A DNA stretch of 32,000 bases, taken from Candidatus Lokiarchaeum ossiferum (GTDB lineage Archaea; Asgardarchaeota; Lokiarchaeia; Sigyniarchaeales; Promethearchaeaceae). The DNA is taken from assembly GCA_025839675.1 (NCBI GenBank), contig CP104013.1, positions 270,001 through 302,000 of the forward strand. Direction: 5' to 3'. This document shows positions 1-8,562 of this stretch, one piece after another; position 1 is the stretch's first letter; each line of letters starts with the position of its first letter. A program made the position numbers and the translations under genes. Under the pieces are notes generated by a model. The model saw only the letters and a list, made by a program, of their open reading frames with translations, was not told the DNA's origin and searched no databases.

Positions 1-544
1 ACCCATAAATCAATATTAAGGTTAGAATATTAGATATATGTTTTCTATTTGAAATTATTTCAGATTGTTTGGTTATATTATTTTTTTGAGAATATAAGAA
101 TATAAAAATGGACATTATGAAAGTAAGTGATAAAATGGCAGATCCAAGCCAAGAATCATGTTCAATATTAAGGAAGGTAATAAGGAGAAAGATACTGGAA
201 GGAATCAACATGATTAAAATCATATTCAGACTAAAATCAATCTGATTTCTAAAATTAGCGAAATTAAGTCCATAACTCACAAAAGATCGTCTAAATGATG
301 TAATTATCAGTAGTGGAATCAAATACCATAAAAATCCAATAATATAAGGAATATACCATTTTTGGAAATAATTCCCCTCAAAAAAATATTGTAAAATGAA
401 ATGGGCAACTATAGAATAAATACCAAATCGCACAAGAAGTACTTCGATAATCGAAAGAATTTTTTTAAAGAAGGATTGCTCATCTTTTGAAGTTAATTGA
501 TTTGATTCTATATGGGTTTGATCTTCCATATTAAGATAACTCAT
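1..544 (-). CDS. Partial CDS (N-terminal part, continues past left edge): multi-pass membrane protein of unknown function, possibly the N-terminus of a CPBP-like protein
   Basis: Absent from the ORF track because no stop lies inside the window. Hand translation of the minus strand from ATG 544..542 (alternative ATG 529..527) gives 181 sense codons with no stop: MSYLNMEDQTHIESNQLTSKDEQSFFKKILSIIEVLLVRFGIYSIVAHFILQYFF...IPYIIGFLWYLIPLLIITSFRRSFVSYGLNF...ILIMLIPSSIFLLITFL...AILSLTFIMSIFIFLY. It contains several hydrophobic segments of about 20 aa. A stop-free run this long is unlikely by chance in AT-rich DNA. Confidence 0.55.
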   Translation of the reverse strand, partial: MSYLNMEDQTHIESNQLTSKDEQSFFKKILSIIEVLLVRFGIYSIVAHFILQYFFEGNYFQKWYIPYIIGFLWYLIPLLIITSFRRSFVSYGLNFANFRNQIDFSLNMILIMLIPSSIFLLITFLNIEHDSWLGSAILSLTFIMSIFIFLYSQKNNITKQSEIISNRKHISNILTLILIYG

Positions 545-682
545 ATCTATATCTTAAAAAATGATATCACTTGATGTGAAACAGTTCTGAACACCTACTT
601 GAGTCTTCTTGTAGCAAATAATCTAGTATTGTTGTCGATTCCCATCGAGACCTGCTCCTTTTTCTATTACTTTGGTCTAAAA

Positions 683-949
683 TTAACTTCGTTTTAGGAG
701 TCTCTCTATTTCCTCAATTATATGATCTCGAGATCCTGGTGAAAACTCATTAGTTTCGAAGATAACAGTATCTTCTATTTGTAATCTAATATGAGGCTGA
801 TCTTTTAGGCGCTGGCGATCTTTTAGGTACCGCCATTTATAGACTCCCGATGGGGGAACGTATGGATTATAGCAGTCATACAGCTCCCGTCGCTTGAGAG
901 CAGAATTTGAGCCATTTGTATACATTTTCAAATAATGCTTAACATTCAC
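683..949 (-). CDS. Hypothetical protein (88 aa), orphan
   Basis: ORF-track ORF with a GTG start. The AAGGAG directly abuts the start, which is a poor spacing. No motif recognised. Local G+C is clearly higher than the surroundings. May be a gene fragment. Confidence 0.3.
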   Translation of the reverse strand: MNVKHYLKMYTNGSNSALKRRELYDCYNPYVPPSGVYKWRYLKDRQRLKDQPHIRLQIEDTVIFETNEFSPGSRDHIIEEIERLLKRS

Positions 950-1230
950 TCCTTTAGGGGTTTGGTTAAGAAATATGGCTTATAATCCCGCATCAATTAA
1001 ACCACCTCAACACGTAGGGAATTAAGCGCATCTCAGAATAAATGAGGGTGTGTAATTGCATACCATTTTTTTAAACTGTTGTCTAACTGTTTTAGAAGTC
1101 ACTCCTCATTCATGACCATCTTCGAGAGAAATTAGGGCATTTCAAAACTGGAAAATCCCTTATTAGGAGAAAAATTCATTCTGATTGTTGAAACTCAATA
1201 AGAGTATTTATAAGATTGTACTATTAGAAT

Positions 1231-1716
1231 TTATTTTTCATAAGTTTTTAATTTGGAACCAATCATTTGGGTTGTAAGGTCTGCTAAAAAAAGATAAAAC
1301 TTTTGGAGTTTTACTAATTCATCTAATGTGGCATCATGATATTGATTTTGAAAGAGATATTGAATATTATCTTTATTCATTGTGGGAGGAAAAGTTCCCC
1401 GAGGTTGTGTTAAGAGAATCGAAGAATTGGTAATGATTTTTAACATTTTTAAGCCGATGTCAGTGATACGATATGTTTTTGCTTTTTTATTACTATTAAG
1501 AACAAGTTCTATAATCAGATCATCTTGCATTTCAGTGAGAATTGGATAAAGCGAACCAGGTGATGGTTTCCAGTGATCCAAGGATACTTCTTGAATTTTT
1601 TTGATTATATTTGATCCTGTCATTTTTGGATACTCCCCCTCTAAATTTTGGGTACCAAACATCATCAATATTGTGGGATGGAGAAACCCGCGTTTAATGC
1701 GATCAAGCCATTTCAA
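1231..1716 (-). CDS. PadR-family winged-helix transcriptional regulator
   Basis: 161-aa ORF. The core GEYPKMTGSNIIKKIQEVSLDHWKPSPGSLYPILTEMQDDLIIE matches the PadR signature (W..S.GSLYP.L..L). The first canonical start is TTG at 1716. The frame stays open for 49 more codons upstream. Confidence 0.75.
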   Translation of the reverse strand: MKWLDRIKRGFLHPTILMMFGTQNLEGEYPKMTGSNIIKKIQEVSLDHWKPSPGSLYPILTEMQDDLIIELVLNSNKKAKTYRITDIGLKMLKIITNSSILLTQPRGTFPPTMNKDNIQYLFQNQYHDATLDELVKLQKFYLFLADLTTQMIGSKLKTYEK

Positions 1717-1901
1717 GATAAGTTTTTCTGAAAGGCCTTCATATAATGATAAATGAGAATCATAAATTCCAGAATCATAACTATCGGAGAAATCTTGTTT
1801 ATGGATCTGTTGATTATCATCTTTTGTTTTTGTAATTTTTGAATCACCAAGTTTTTGGGGAACCTACGCAGAATTCTGATTTATATTATATGGAATAATA
1901 A

Positions 1902-1931
1902 TTAAATATATCGATTGACCGATATATTTAA
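1902..1931. promoter_or_regulatory. Perfect 12-bp inverted repeat TTAAATATATCG-N6-CGATATATTTAA (candidate operator)
   Basis: Read directly from the sequence. Lies in the divergent PadR/nitroreductase spacer and shares the core ATATATCG-N6-CGATATAT with 2021-2042. Confidence 0.55.
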
Positions 1932-2020
1932 ATGTGTTTTTCTCCTTTTTTATAAGCAATCCATTATATGATTCGGATAATCGAAATATTTTTAATATAA
2001 TTTAGACTCAAATAGATATT

Positions 2021-2042
2021 ATATATCGAATATCCGATATAT
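2021..2042. promoter_or_regulatory. Second copy of the palindrome core ATATATCG-N6-CGATATAT (candidate operator abutting the nitroreductase promoter)
   Basis: 8-bp perfect arms with a 6-nt spacer. Ends 5 nt upstream of the TATA-like box at 2048-2055. Confidence 0.5.
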
Positions 2043-2047
2043 TATGG

Positions 2048-2055
2048 ATATAATA
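2048..2055 (+). promoter_or_regulatory. TATA-like box ATATAATA, about 26 nt upstream of ATG 2078 (predicts a leaderless nitroreductase mRNA)
   Basis: The position relative to ATG 2078 fits archaeal TATA-to-TSS spacing. AT-rich background makes chance matches common. Confidence 0.35.
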
Positions 2056-2144
2056 CACACACACAAAAAATACTAGAATGGTGAAAAAAAATCATTGAAC
2101 AGATCCTCAGTCGTCGGAGTATTCGGGATTTTAGCTCAGAACAA

Positions 2145-2582
2145 GTGAGTCCCGAAATACTAAAGAAGATTTTAGAAGCTGGTAGAAATGCACCTACGGC
2201 GACTAATATCCAACCTTGGCATTTTATTGTTATAAAAGATCCAAAAGGGAAGAAAGCGTGCGTATTTAATGGGTTCAATAAATTTGCGACTAAAGCGGCT
2301 TTTATAATATTAGGAGTATATCTGAAATCAAAATCAATAATGGAAACTTACTCATTAATGGATGTTACTGTTGCTTTACAGAATATGGTCATTGCAAGTT
2401 GGGCTCAAGGAATAGGATCATGCTGGATGGGCGCTTTTAATGAACCTATACTTAGAAGAACCCTCAATCTCCCGGAAGATGCAAGAATAGTTGGAGGGAT
2501 TGCCATGGGTATTCCGAAAAAAATACCTCCATCTCCCCCCAAAAAAAAAATAGATGAGATTGTGCATATTGATATCTGGTAA
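2145..2582 (+). CDS. Nitroreductase-family FMN oxidoreductase; true N-terminus probably upstream (ATG 2078, disrupted by an A8 run)
   Basis: Motifs GRNAPTATNIQPWHFIVI and GIGSCWMGAF. The conserved N-terminal LSRRSIRDF motif lies in the same frame just upstream of the track's GTG start (2085-2144), with no canonical start codon there. Confidence 0.85.
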   Translation: MSPEILKKILEAGRNAPTATNIQPWHFIVIKDPKGKKACVFNGFNKFATKAAFIILGVYLKSKSIMETYSLMDVTVALQNMVIASWAQGIGSCWMGAFNEPILRRTLNLPEDARIVGGIAMGIPKKIPPSPPKKKIDEIVHIDIW

Positions 2583-2784
2583 TAATAATACCTGGATTCG
2601 TTCCGCCATTTATGATGGGACTACATGAAGATAAAGGAACGGAGATATTAGAATAACAAATTAAGATCGAAAATAGGGATAAAAGATGTGCTTTATCTAT
2701 CGTTTTTAAAATTACAATTATGTAATTACCAATTTGGAAATTTTTTTAATTAGAAATTGTCTACATTTCATGGAGCGCAAATAA

Positions 2785-4152
2785 ATGTCAGAAAAAAACC
2801 AACCTAATGATTCATTTGATAATAAAATTTACGATACTGAGCTATTAGAAAATTTTAATAGACCCAATAATATCACATTTACTAATTTCTTGATAATTTG
2901 GATTGGACAACTTGCTTCTCTTCTCGGATCAGAAATTGTACAATTCGCCATTATTTGGTGGGTAACCTTAGAGACCGAAAACCCCACCATACTAAGCCTA
3001 AATGTGTTTTTTGCCTTTCTACCTCGCATATTTTTAGCACCTTTAGCTGGAGTAATTGCAGATAGAAAAGATAGAAAGAAAATCCTAATGATCACCGACG
3101 GAACTCAAGCAATCATAACAGGGGGAATTATTCTCATCTTTTTTGTCAGTGAAATGAAAATTTGGATCATAATCGGGATGAATCTCTTAAGGTCAGTGTG
3201 TCAAACATTTCATAGTCCTGCATCCTCATCCATTCGACCACTTATGATCCCGAAAGAACTACTTTCCCGTATGAATGGACTATCTCAACTCGCTTCAAGT
3301 GTTATAATGACCCTTGGTCCAATATTTGGGGCATTATTTCTGTCATTTTTGACTATTCAAGAGATTTTATGGATAGATATTTTAACTTTTGGAATAGCAT
3401 TAGTATGTTTGCTTCGTGTTCCCATTCCAAAAATTAAGCCTACCCAAGCCGCTAAGAACACACAAAATGCTATGCATAACCAACCTTCCAATTCGTTAAA
3501 ACCAAAAGGACATCGATTTTTACAAGAATTTAAAGAAGGTCTGCACACAATTTTTCGGATTCGGGGGCTAACACCCATTATTGGAATTGTGATTTTAGCA
3601 AATTTCTTTTTGACCCCGCTTACAACGCTTTTCACATTTTTTATTCAAAATGATCATCATGGAAATGCTTTACAATACGCCTTAGTTGCTGGATGTTTTC
3701 AATCTGGAATGATTTTCGGGGGAATTCTGGTATCTTTAAAAAAGGAGTGGCAGAATAAAATTCGAGGAATTCTTTTTGGTATTTTCTTAATATTTTTTGG
3801 GATTACAGCCATAGGATTAATCCCTAAAGGAATGTTTGGGTTGCTGGCAATCGTTTCTTTCGTAGCAACGTTAGGATCGCCATTGATGCATTCTCTGCTT
3901 ATGACGTTAATCCAGACGTCAGTTCCACCTGAAAAAATGGGCCGTGTATTTTCTAATTTGAATATGATTTCCTCACTAATCATGCCTATTGGGATGTTAA
4001 GTTCCGGACCACTTGCAGAAATTTTGGGTACGGGAACTCTAATTAGTTTAGGAGGTGTTTTGGGGATGATAACGGTCGGATTGATTTATTATTTATCGGA
4101 TCTTCACCTTTTAAATGATGAGACTTTTGGAAACACTACAATCAGATTTTGA
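2785..4152 (+). CDS. MFS transporter (EntS/MFS_3-like efflux type)
   Basis: 455 aa with about 12 hydrophobic segments. Cytoplasmic loop GVIADRKDRKKILM after TM2 is typical of MFS. ATG is preceded by GGAG at a 9-nt spacing. Confidence 0.85.
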   Translation: MSEKNQPNDSFDNKIYDTELLENFNRPNNITFTNFLIIWIGQLASLLGSEIVQFAIIWWVTLETENPTILSLNVFFAFLPRIFLAPLAGVIADRKDRKKILMITDGTQAIITGGIILIFFVSEMKIWIIIGMNLLRSVCQTFHSPASSSIRPLMIPKELLSRMNGLSQLASSVIMTLGPIFGALFLSFLTIQEILWIDILTFGIALVCLLRVPIPKIKPTQAAKNTQNAMHNQPSNSLKPKGHRFLQEFKEGLHTIFRIRGLTPIIGIVILANFFLTPLTTLFTFFIQNDHHGNALQYALVAGCFQSGMIFGGILVSLKKEWQNKIRGILFGIFLIFFGITAIGLIPKGMFGLLAIVSFVATLGSPLMHSLLMTLIQTSVPPEKMGRVFSNLNMISSLIMPIGMLSSGPLAEILGTGTLISLGGVLGMITVGLIYYLSDLHLLNDETFGNTTIRF

Positions 4153-4632
4153 TGAATTACGGAGTTTATGATTTTTAATTCCAGAATCTGAATATGAAAT
4201 ACATCCACCAAATTTTGTTTTTTCATGGATAATGTATTTTTTTTTTTAATATTATTTCATTATTTTTCTCATTCTTTGTGGATAGGTAGAAAAAGCTATC
4301 ACAAATCAACATGAAAGTGTAAAAATAATTAAAGTGTTCTCTATCTTTGGACAAGAAATCATGTTTCACACTTCTATATCGGTTTGAAAGGTTTATCCTT
4401 AAGATGTAACACAAAAATCATGTAAATCTGCATTAATTACGTGATGCGATAAATTCCGATTGGATTGAGAATTAGTTATTAGATGCAGGGATTTGAACAA
4501 TGATAATAAAGCAAAAACTAACGGGCTATAATGTAAAGCATTAATTCAAAAAATTTCCTTTCCTGAATTCAATTTTTCTTCTAAATATGCAAATTTGGAT
4601 GGGAGCAATAGTTAATTATAGCAAGAAAATTC

Positions 4633-5688
4633 TTATCTTTCTTTTAATTTTTTGAAAAAAATTTTATTCAAAACGTGACTTTCTAGGTACATTTCATTGA
4701 TTTCACGCAATTTATGCAATTTTTCTTGATTTTCAACGGATTTTTCCATATTATTTAGATTTTCTTGGATATTCAGCAAAATTGGATGCAATTGATCGAT
4801 CTGACTGAGATATTGCCCTATCTTTTTAAAAAAAGCATCTTCAATTGAGTTCATAGAATACGAAATCTTACCTTTTTTGCCGGTTGACTCAATGGTTATA
4901 AAATTCAATTGTAAAAGCAAATTTAAGCCTTCAGAGATAGTCCCCAAAGAAAATCCAGTCAATTGTCGTAGTTTTCGCTGGGTAAGGGTTTTCCTTGTAA
5001 TGAAATATCCCAAAATCTTCGAATAATATTCAGAATATAATCCAAGTAAGAAAGTTGTGGAAAGAATGTCAATAAAAGCATGTTCAATAGAATCTATTTC
5101 AACCTTTTTATTAAAACTAGGCTTGAGAATTTGATTAATAATCGGAGTTTTGGATATTTCATATCCGTGCCTATAGTTTTTAATTTTATGTCTTAAAACA
5201 TTTAAAAATGCTTTGAATTCATTTAATCTTTGAAAAAATTTCTGTTTTTCAATTGAAACTGGGTTGGATGAGAACTTTTCATTGTTGTTAAAAATATCAT
5301 CAATAATTGAATTAATTTCATCGACTTCAGTCTGCAATATTATTTGGATCTGTGTGATATATTCATTTACAGGAAATTTCAGCCGATATTTATAAGCAGG
5401 AGGTTTATTTTGGACTCTGATTTTTTCTACAATTTTGTTGGTTAGAAAATAATTATTCAAGTACTTGGAAATGGTCCCTGAAGAAATACCACTTCTATTT
5501 TTCTTAAAATAATACTTTTTAGAAATGGAAACAAGTTCTTGTTGTGAAATTGGACCAAAAACGACAATATATGCGAAGAGATGAACTATAACATCTGGAC
5601 GGCCCCGAATTTTTCCAGTATCGACAATATATTTTATGATATCGGATTCAATCATTTCAGCGGATACATTATTCATAATCCTCTTCAA
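4633..5688 (-). CDS. Putative transcriptional regulator with two winged-HTH-like modules (TrmB/MarR-like); function uncertain
   Basis: 351 aa. It has two HTH-like segments, ISQQELVSISKKY...SGISSGTISKYLNNY near the N-terminus and TQRKLRQLTGFSLGTISEGLNLLLQLNFI near residue 240, separated by a helical linker. TTG start at 5688, alternative ATG at 5676. Confidence 0.45.
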   Translation of the reverse strand: MKRIMNNVSAEMIESDIIKYIVDTGKIRGRPDVIVHLFAYIVVFGPISQQELVSISKKYYFKKNRSGISSGTISKYLNNYFLTNKIVEKIRVQNKPPAYKYRLKFPVNEYITQIQIILQTEVDEINSIIDDIFNNNEKFSSNPVSIEKQKFFQRLNEFKAFLNVLRHKIKNYRHGYEISKTPIINQILKPSFNKKVEIDSIEHAFIDILSTTFLLGLYSEYYSKILGYFITRKTLTQRKLRQLTGFSLGTISEGLNLLLQLNFITIESTGKKGKISYSMNSIEDAFFKKIGQYLSQIDQLHPILLNIQENLNNMEKSVENQEKLHKLREINEMYLESHVLNKIFFKKLKER

Positions 5689-5842
5689 ATAGGTAAGAAA
5701 TTGGTTTTTTAAAAATTTATGCTTTCATGAAAACTAAATCTTTGGTTTATTCTTTTTAAATTATCAATATGAGTTCAATTTTTGATTAATTAGAGATTAA
5801 GAAAATTTATTAAAGTGAATCAACTATATTATTATAAATTTC

Positions 5843-7261
5843 ATGGATTCAGATTTCATGAAAACAAAAGTGATATATATGATTAACAACCAGTTTCGAC
5901 GAAAATTGACATCTCAAGAACTATTATTGAGAAATCACCCAGTTATTATTGCAGGAACGTTAAATGGAAATCTTCTACCCCTAGACGTCCAAAATGCAAT
6001 ACAAGAAATCCAAAAAAAACATATATTACTCAGAGTAAAAATTGAAAAAATTGACAATCAATATTACTTTTTAGAAGATAGTAATATTGAGATTCCATTT
6101 ATTACCGGAGAATATGCCGAAGACGGCAATTGGATCCGATCCATACAATTATTAATTAAAAAATCTTTCAATTTTCAAAAATCTCCTCTCCTTCAAATTG
6201 TTTTTCTAAAATCTCAGAGTCATAATCAAGTAAAATTAATTTTAATCGCAGATCATGCGATATGTGATGGAAAATCGGTAGTTTATTTACTTAAAGATAT
6301 TCTACTAAGTATAGAAGGAGAAAAAATAGGTTTTCTTATGCATCCTCCTGAAATGAAAGAAAATATGTTTCCAAAGAATGCTAGATTGAATTCGATTGAA
6401 AAATTTGTCTTGAAGAAAATGAATGCAAAATGGAAGGATCAAAAGATTTTATTTGATCAGCAAGATTTTGATTGTATTTTTGAGGGATTTTGGAAAAACA
6501 TTAATTATGAAATAAATGTGTTAGAATTTAATCAAACCGATACCCAGAACTTAATCAGTTATTGTAAACAAAACCACATATCGGTTAATTCTTTTATAAC
6601 TGCAGTCATTTTAAGGGCACATTTGGAAATACTTGGGAATCAAGACGAATATTACGGTAACATAAATACTGCGGTCAATGTCAGAGAGTATACGAAACCA
6701 AAAATTGGTGAACATCTAGGATTGTATGCTCGTGGGATTGATATCTCATACAAATACGACTTAAATCAAACGTTCATTAAAAATGTTAAAGTAATTCAAG
6801 AAAAAGTACGAAAGAATTTAACAATGAAAAATTTATTCAAACCATTTCTTCTTTTAAATAATTTATCTCATGGATTAAATGAAGCCCTAATGGTTAAAAA
6901 ACTTGGAAAATATGCTTCAGAAGAACATTCTAGATATGAAAAAATAATGTCCTTCGTTAAACAAGAAGATATGGTTAAAAAATTGATTAAAAAAAAAGAA
7001 TCCGACAAGATTTCAAAAAATTTCATTATAACAAATATTGGAAAATTAGATTTGAAAATAAATTATTCGCGTTTTAATCTTGAATCAGTCCATTTTATTC
7101 CACCATGTTCATTTATTGCAAAACAGGTTATAGGAGTAGCAACTGTAAATAAGAGACTGATATTAAATTTTTCAAATTACGAGCATATTACCTCAACAAA
7201 ATCAACAATTGCCATAATTAAAAAAATTAAAACCTTAATTAAGACTCTGAATTTCGATTGA
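5843..7261 (+). CDS. Condensation-domain-superfamily acyltransferase (PapA5 / WS-DGAT / alcohol acetyltransferase-like)
   Basis: 472 aa. LILIADHAICDGKS matches the (H)HxxxDG catalytic motif of C-domain/CAT-fold acyltransferases at the expected position (about residue 145). Confidence 0.55.
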   Translation: MDSDFMKTKVIYMINNQFRRKLTSQELLLRNHPVIIAGTLNGNLLPLDVQNAIQEIQKKHILLRVKIEKIDNQYYFLEDSNIEIPFITGEYAEDGNWIRSIQLLIKKSFNFQKSPLLQIVFLKSQSHNQVKLILIADHAICDGKSVVYLLKDILLSIEGEKIGFLMHPPEMKENMFPKNARLNSIEKFVLKKMNAKWKDQKILFDQQDFDCIFEGFWKNINYEINVLEFNQTDTQNLISYCKQNHISVNSFITAVILRAHLEILGNQDEYYGNINTAVNVREYTKPKIGEHLGLYARGIDISYKYDLNQTFIKNVKVIQEKVRKNLTMKNLFKPFLLLNNLSHGLNEALMVKKLGKYASEEHSRYEKIMSFVKQEDMVKKLIKKKESDKISKNFIITNIGKLDLKINYSRFNLESVHFIPPCSFIAKQVIGVATVNKRLILNFSNYEHITSTKSTIAIIKKIKTLIKTLNFD

Positions 7262-7326
7262 AAAGAGGATTTGGGATTATTGTCGAATGGAAAATAATCA
7301 ACCTAAAACTTTTGGATTTTTTTTTG

Positions 7327-8010
7327 CTATTTAAGTAGCTTATTTTTAATTTTTCTTATATTTTCATCATCTAAAGCTACTAATTTCAAGTAATGATCGA
7401 TATTGTCGAACTTTTCTTTAAATAAAGAGAGAGTTTTTAATATATATTCCTTTTTTGATTGACCAACAAAAGATGGAAGGTCAGAATATTTTTCATGAAG
7501 CGCTTTTATTTGTTCATATAAATTGGTTGCTGAAATTTCGTAATCCTCGCAAATTTCTTTTTCATCAACATCAGCAATAAGTAGTAAAAGCATAATGATA
7601 ATTCCAGTGCGATCTTTTCCAGCATTACAATTTATTAAAACTCCATCAGGGGCTTCTGCAATTCTTGTTAGAATTTTCCGTATAGATTCAAAATCATTGA
7701 TTATTTCAATATACCCAAGTGGTATCAATTCTTCCGATTCTGGAAATCCACTTCCTTTGGTTGGGATATTATAATAGAAAAACCCTTCACTATTTAGATC
7801 ATTTGGATTGTTCTTCACATCATCAGGTTCTCTTAGATCGATAACAGTTGTAATTTTTTTTTCTAATAGAAATTCTTTTTCCGATTGATCTATGTTAACA
7901 GGTAGATTTGATCGAATGAAACGATATTCTTTTATGAAATGACCTGATTTTGTTTGAATTCCGCCAATATCTCTCATGTTACTGACATTTTTGCATAAAA
8001 TTCTTCTCAT
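7327..8010 (-). CDS. Protein tyrosine (dual-specificity) phosphatase, Y_phosphatase3-like
   Basis: 227 aa. VLINCNAGKDRTGIII is a CX5R(S/T) P-loop. ATG start. Confidence 0.85.
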   Translation of the reverse strand: MRRILCKNVSNMRDIGGIQTKSGHFIKEYRFIRSNLPVNIDQSEKEFLLEKKITTVIDLREPDDVKNNPNDLNSEGFFYYNIPTKGSGFPESEELIPLGYIEIINDFESIRKILTRIAEAPDGVLINCNAGKDRTGIIIMLLLLIADVDEKEICEDYEISATNLYEQIKALHEKYSDLPSFVGQSKKEYILKTLSLFKEKFDNIDHYLKLVALDDENIRKIKNKLLK

Positions 8011-8309
8011 AACTATTCTATTTAATACTGTGTTTTACTATTGTAAAAGTATTCATATTATAACTAAAATAGCATATTCTTAACACACTCAATTTGAACG
8101 ATATGTCACCCTCAGAACCGGCAATATCGTATTACACTTCAATACAAATAGAAGTATTACAGGGGCAATACCTAAAGATCGATTCCCCTCGAGAGTTGTA
8201 AAAAAACGGGTCTAACCGATAATTTGATGAAATTCACCACTTTTAGTTAAACTTACCCACATTAATGCATTTTCCTTGGATTTTAAATGATTACAATCAA
8301 AAAAGGATC

Positions 8310-8489
8310 ATGAAAATTGCATCTCAACTAAGTGCCATTAAATTCTTGTAAGAAGTATCCCGTCGTGGAAGTATTTCTGGAAATTATCCCAGTGGTTTAG
8401 CTGTAGCATCGATATGTGTGGCAGCTTTTCAACATGGGGAATGATAAATTCAAAAAGAAATTGCTATGTCTAAATCAATGATGAGGTAA
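8310..8489 (+). pseudogene. Decayed fragment of a TFB/TFIIB-like gene (second cyclin repeat) with in-frame stops
   Basis: A single frame reads MKIASQLSAIKFL*EVSRRGSISGNYPSGLAVASICVAAFQHGE**IQKEIAMSKSMMR*. The segment G..PSGLAVASICVAA....GE..(T)QKEIA resembles the TFB/TFIIB cyclin-repeat signature G(K/R)SP.GLAAAA.Y.A....GE..TQ.E.A. Three internal stops. G+C is higher than the flanks. Confidence 0.45.
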
Positions 8490-8562
8490 ATATTCAAATA
8501 TATTAAAAGCAAAAGTAGTTCACAGAAGACATTTTTGATACGAAATTTAAAGTGAAAAAAAA

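Noticed and set aside
2042-3983. Track ORFs 2042..2278(-), 2418..2609(-), 2829..3095(-), 3357..3635(-) and 3699..3983(-)
   Set aside because: All lie antisense within the well-supported nitroreductase and MFS genes. They have low-complexity or odd composition and no motifs, which is typical of shadow ORFs.
4223-4414. 63-aa ORF in the convergent spacer between the MFS and regulator genes
   Set aside because: No RBS or promoter-like context, an Ile/Asn/Phe-rich junk-like sequence, and a location in a terminator region.
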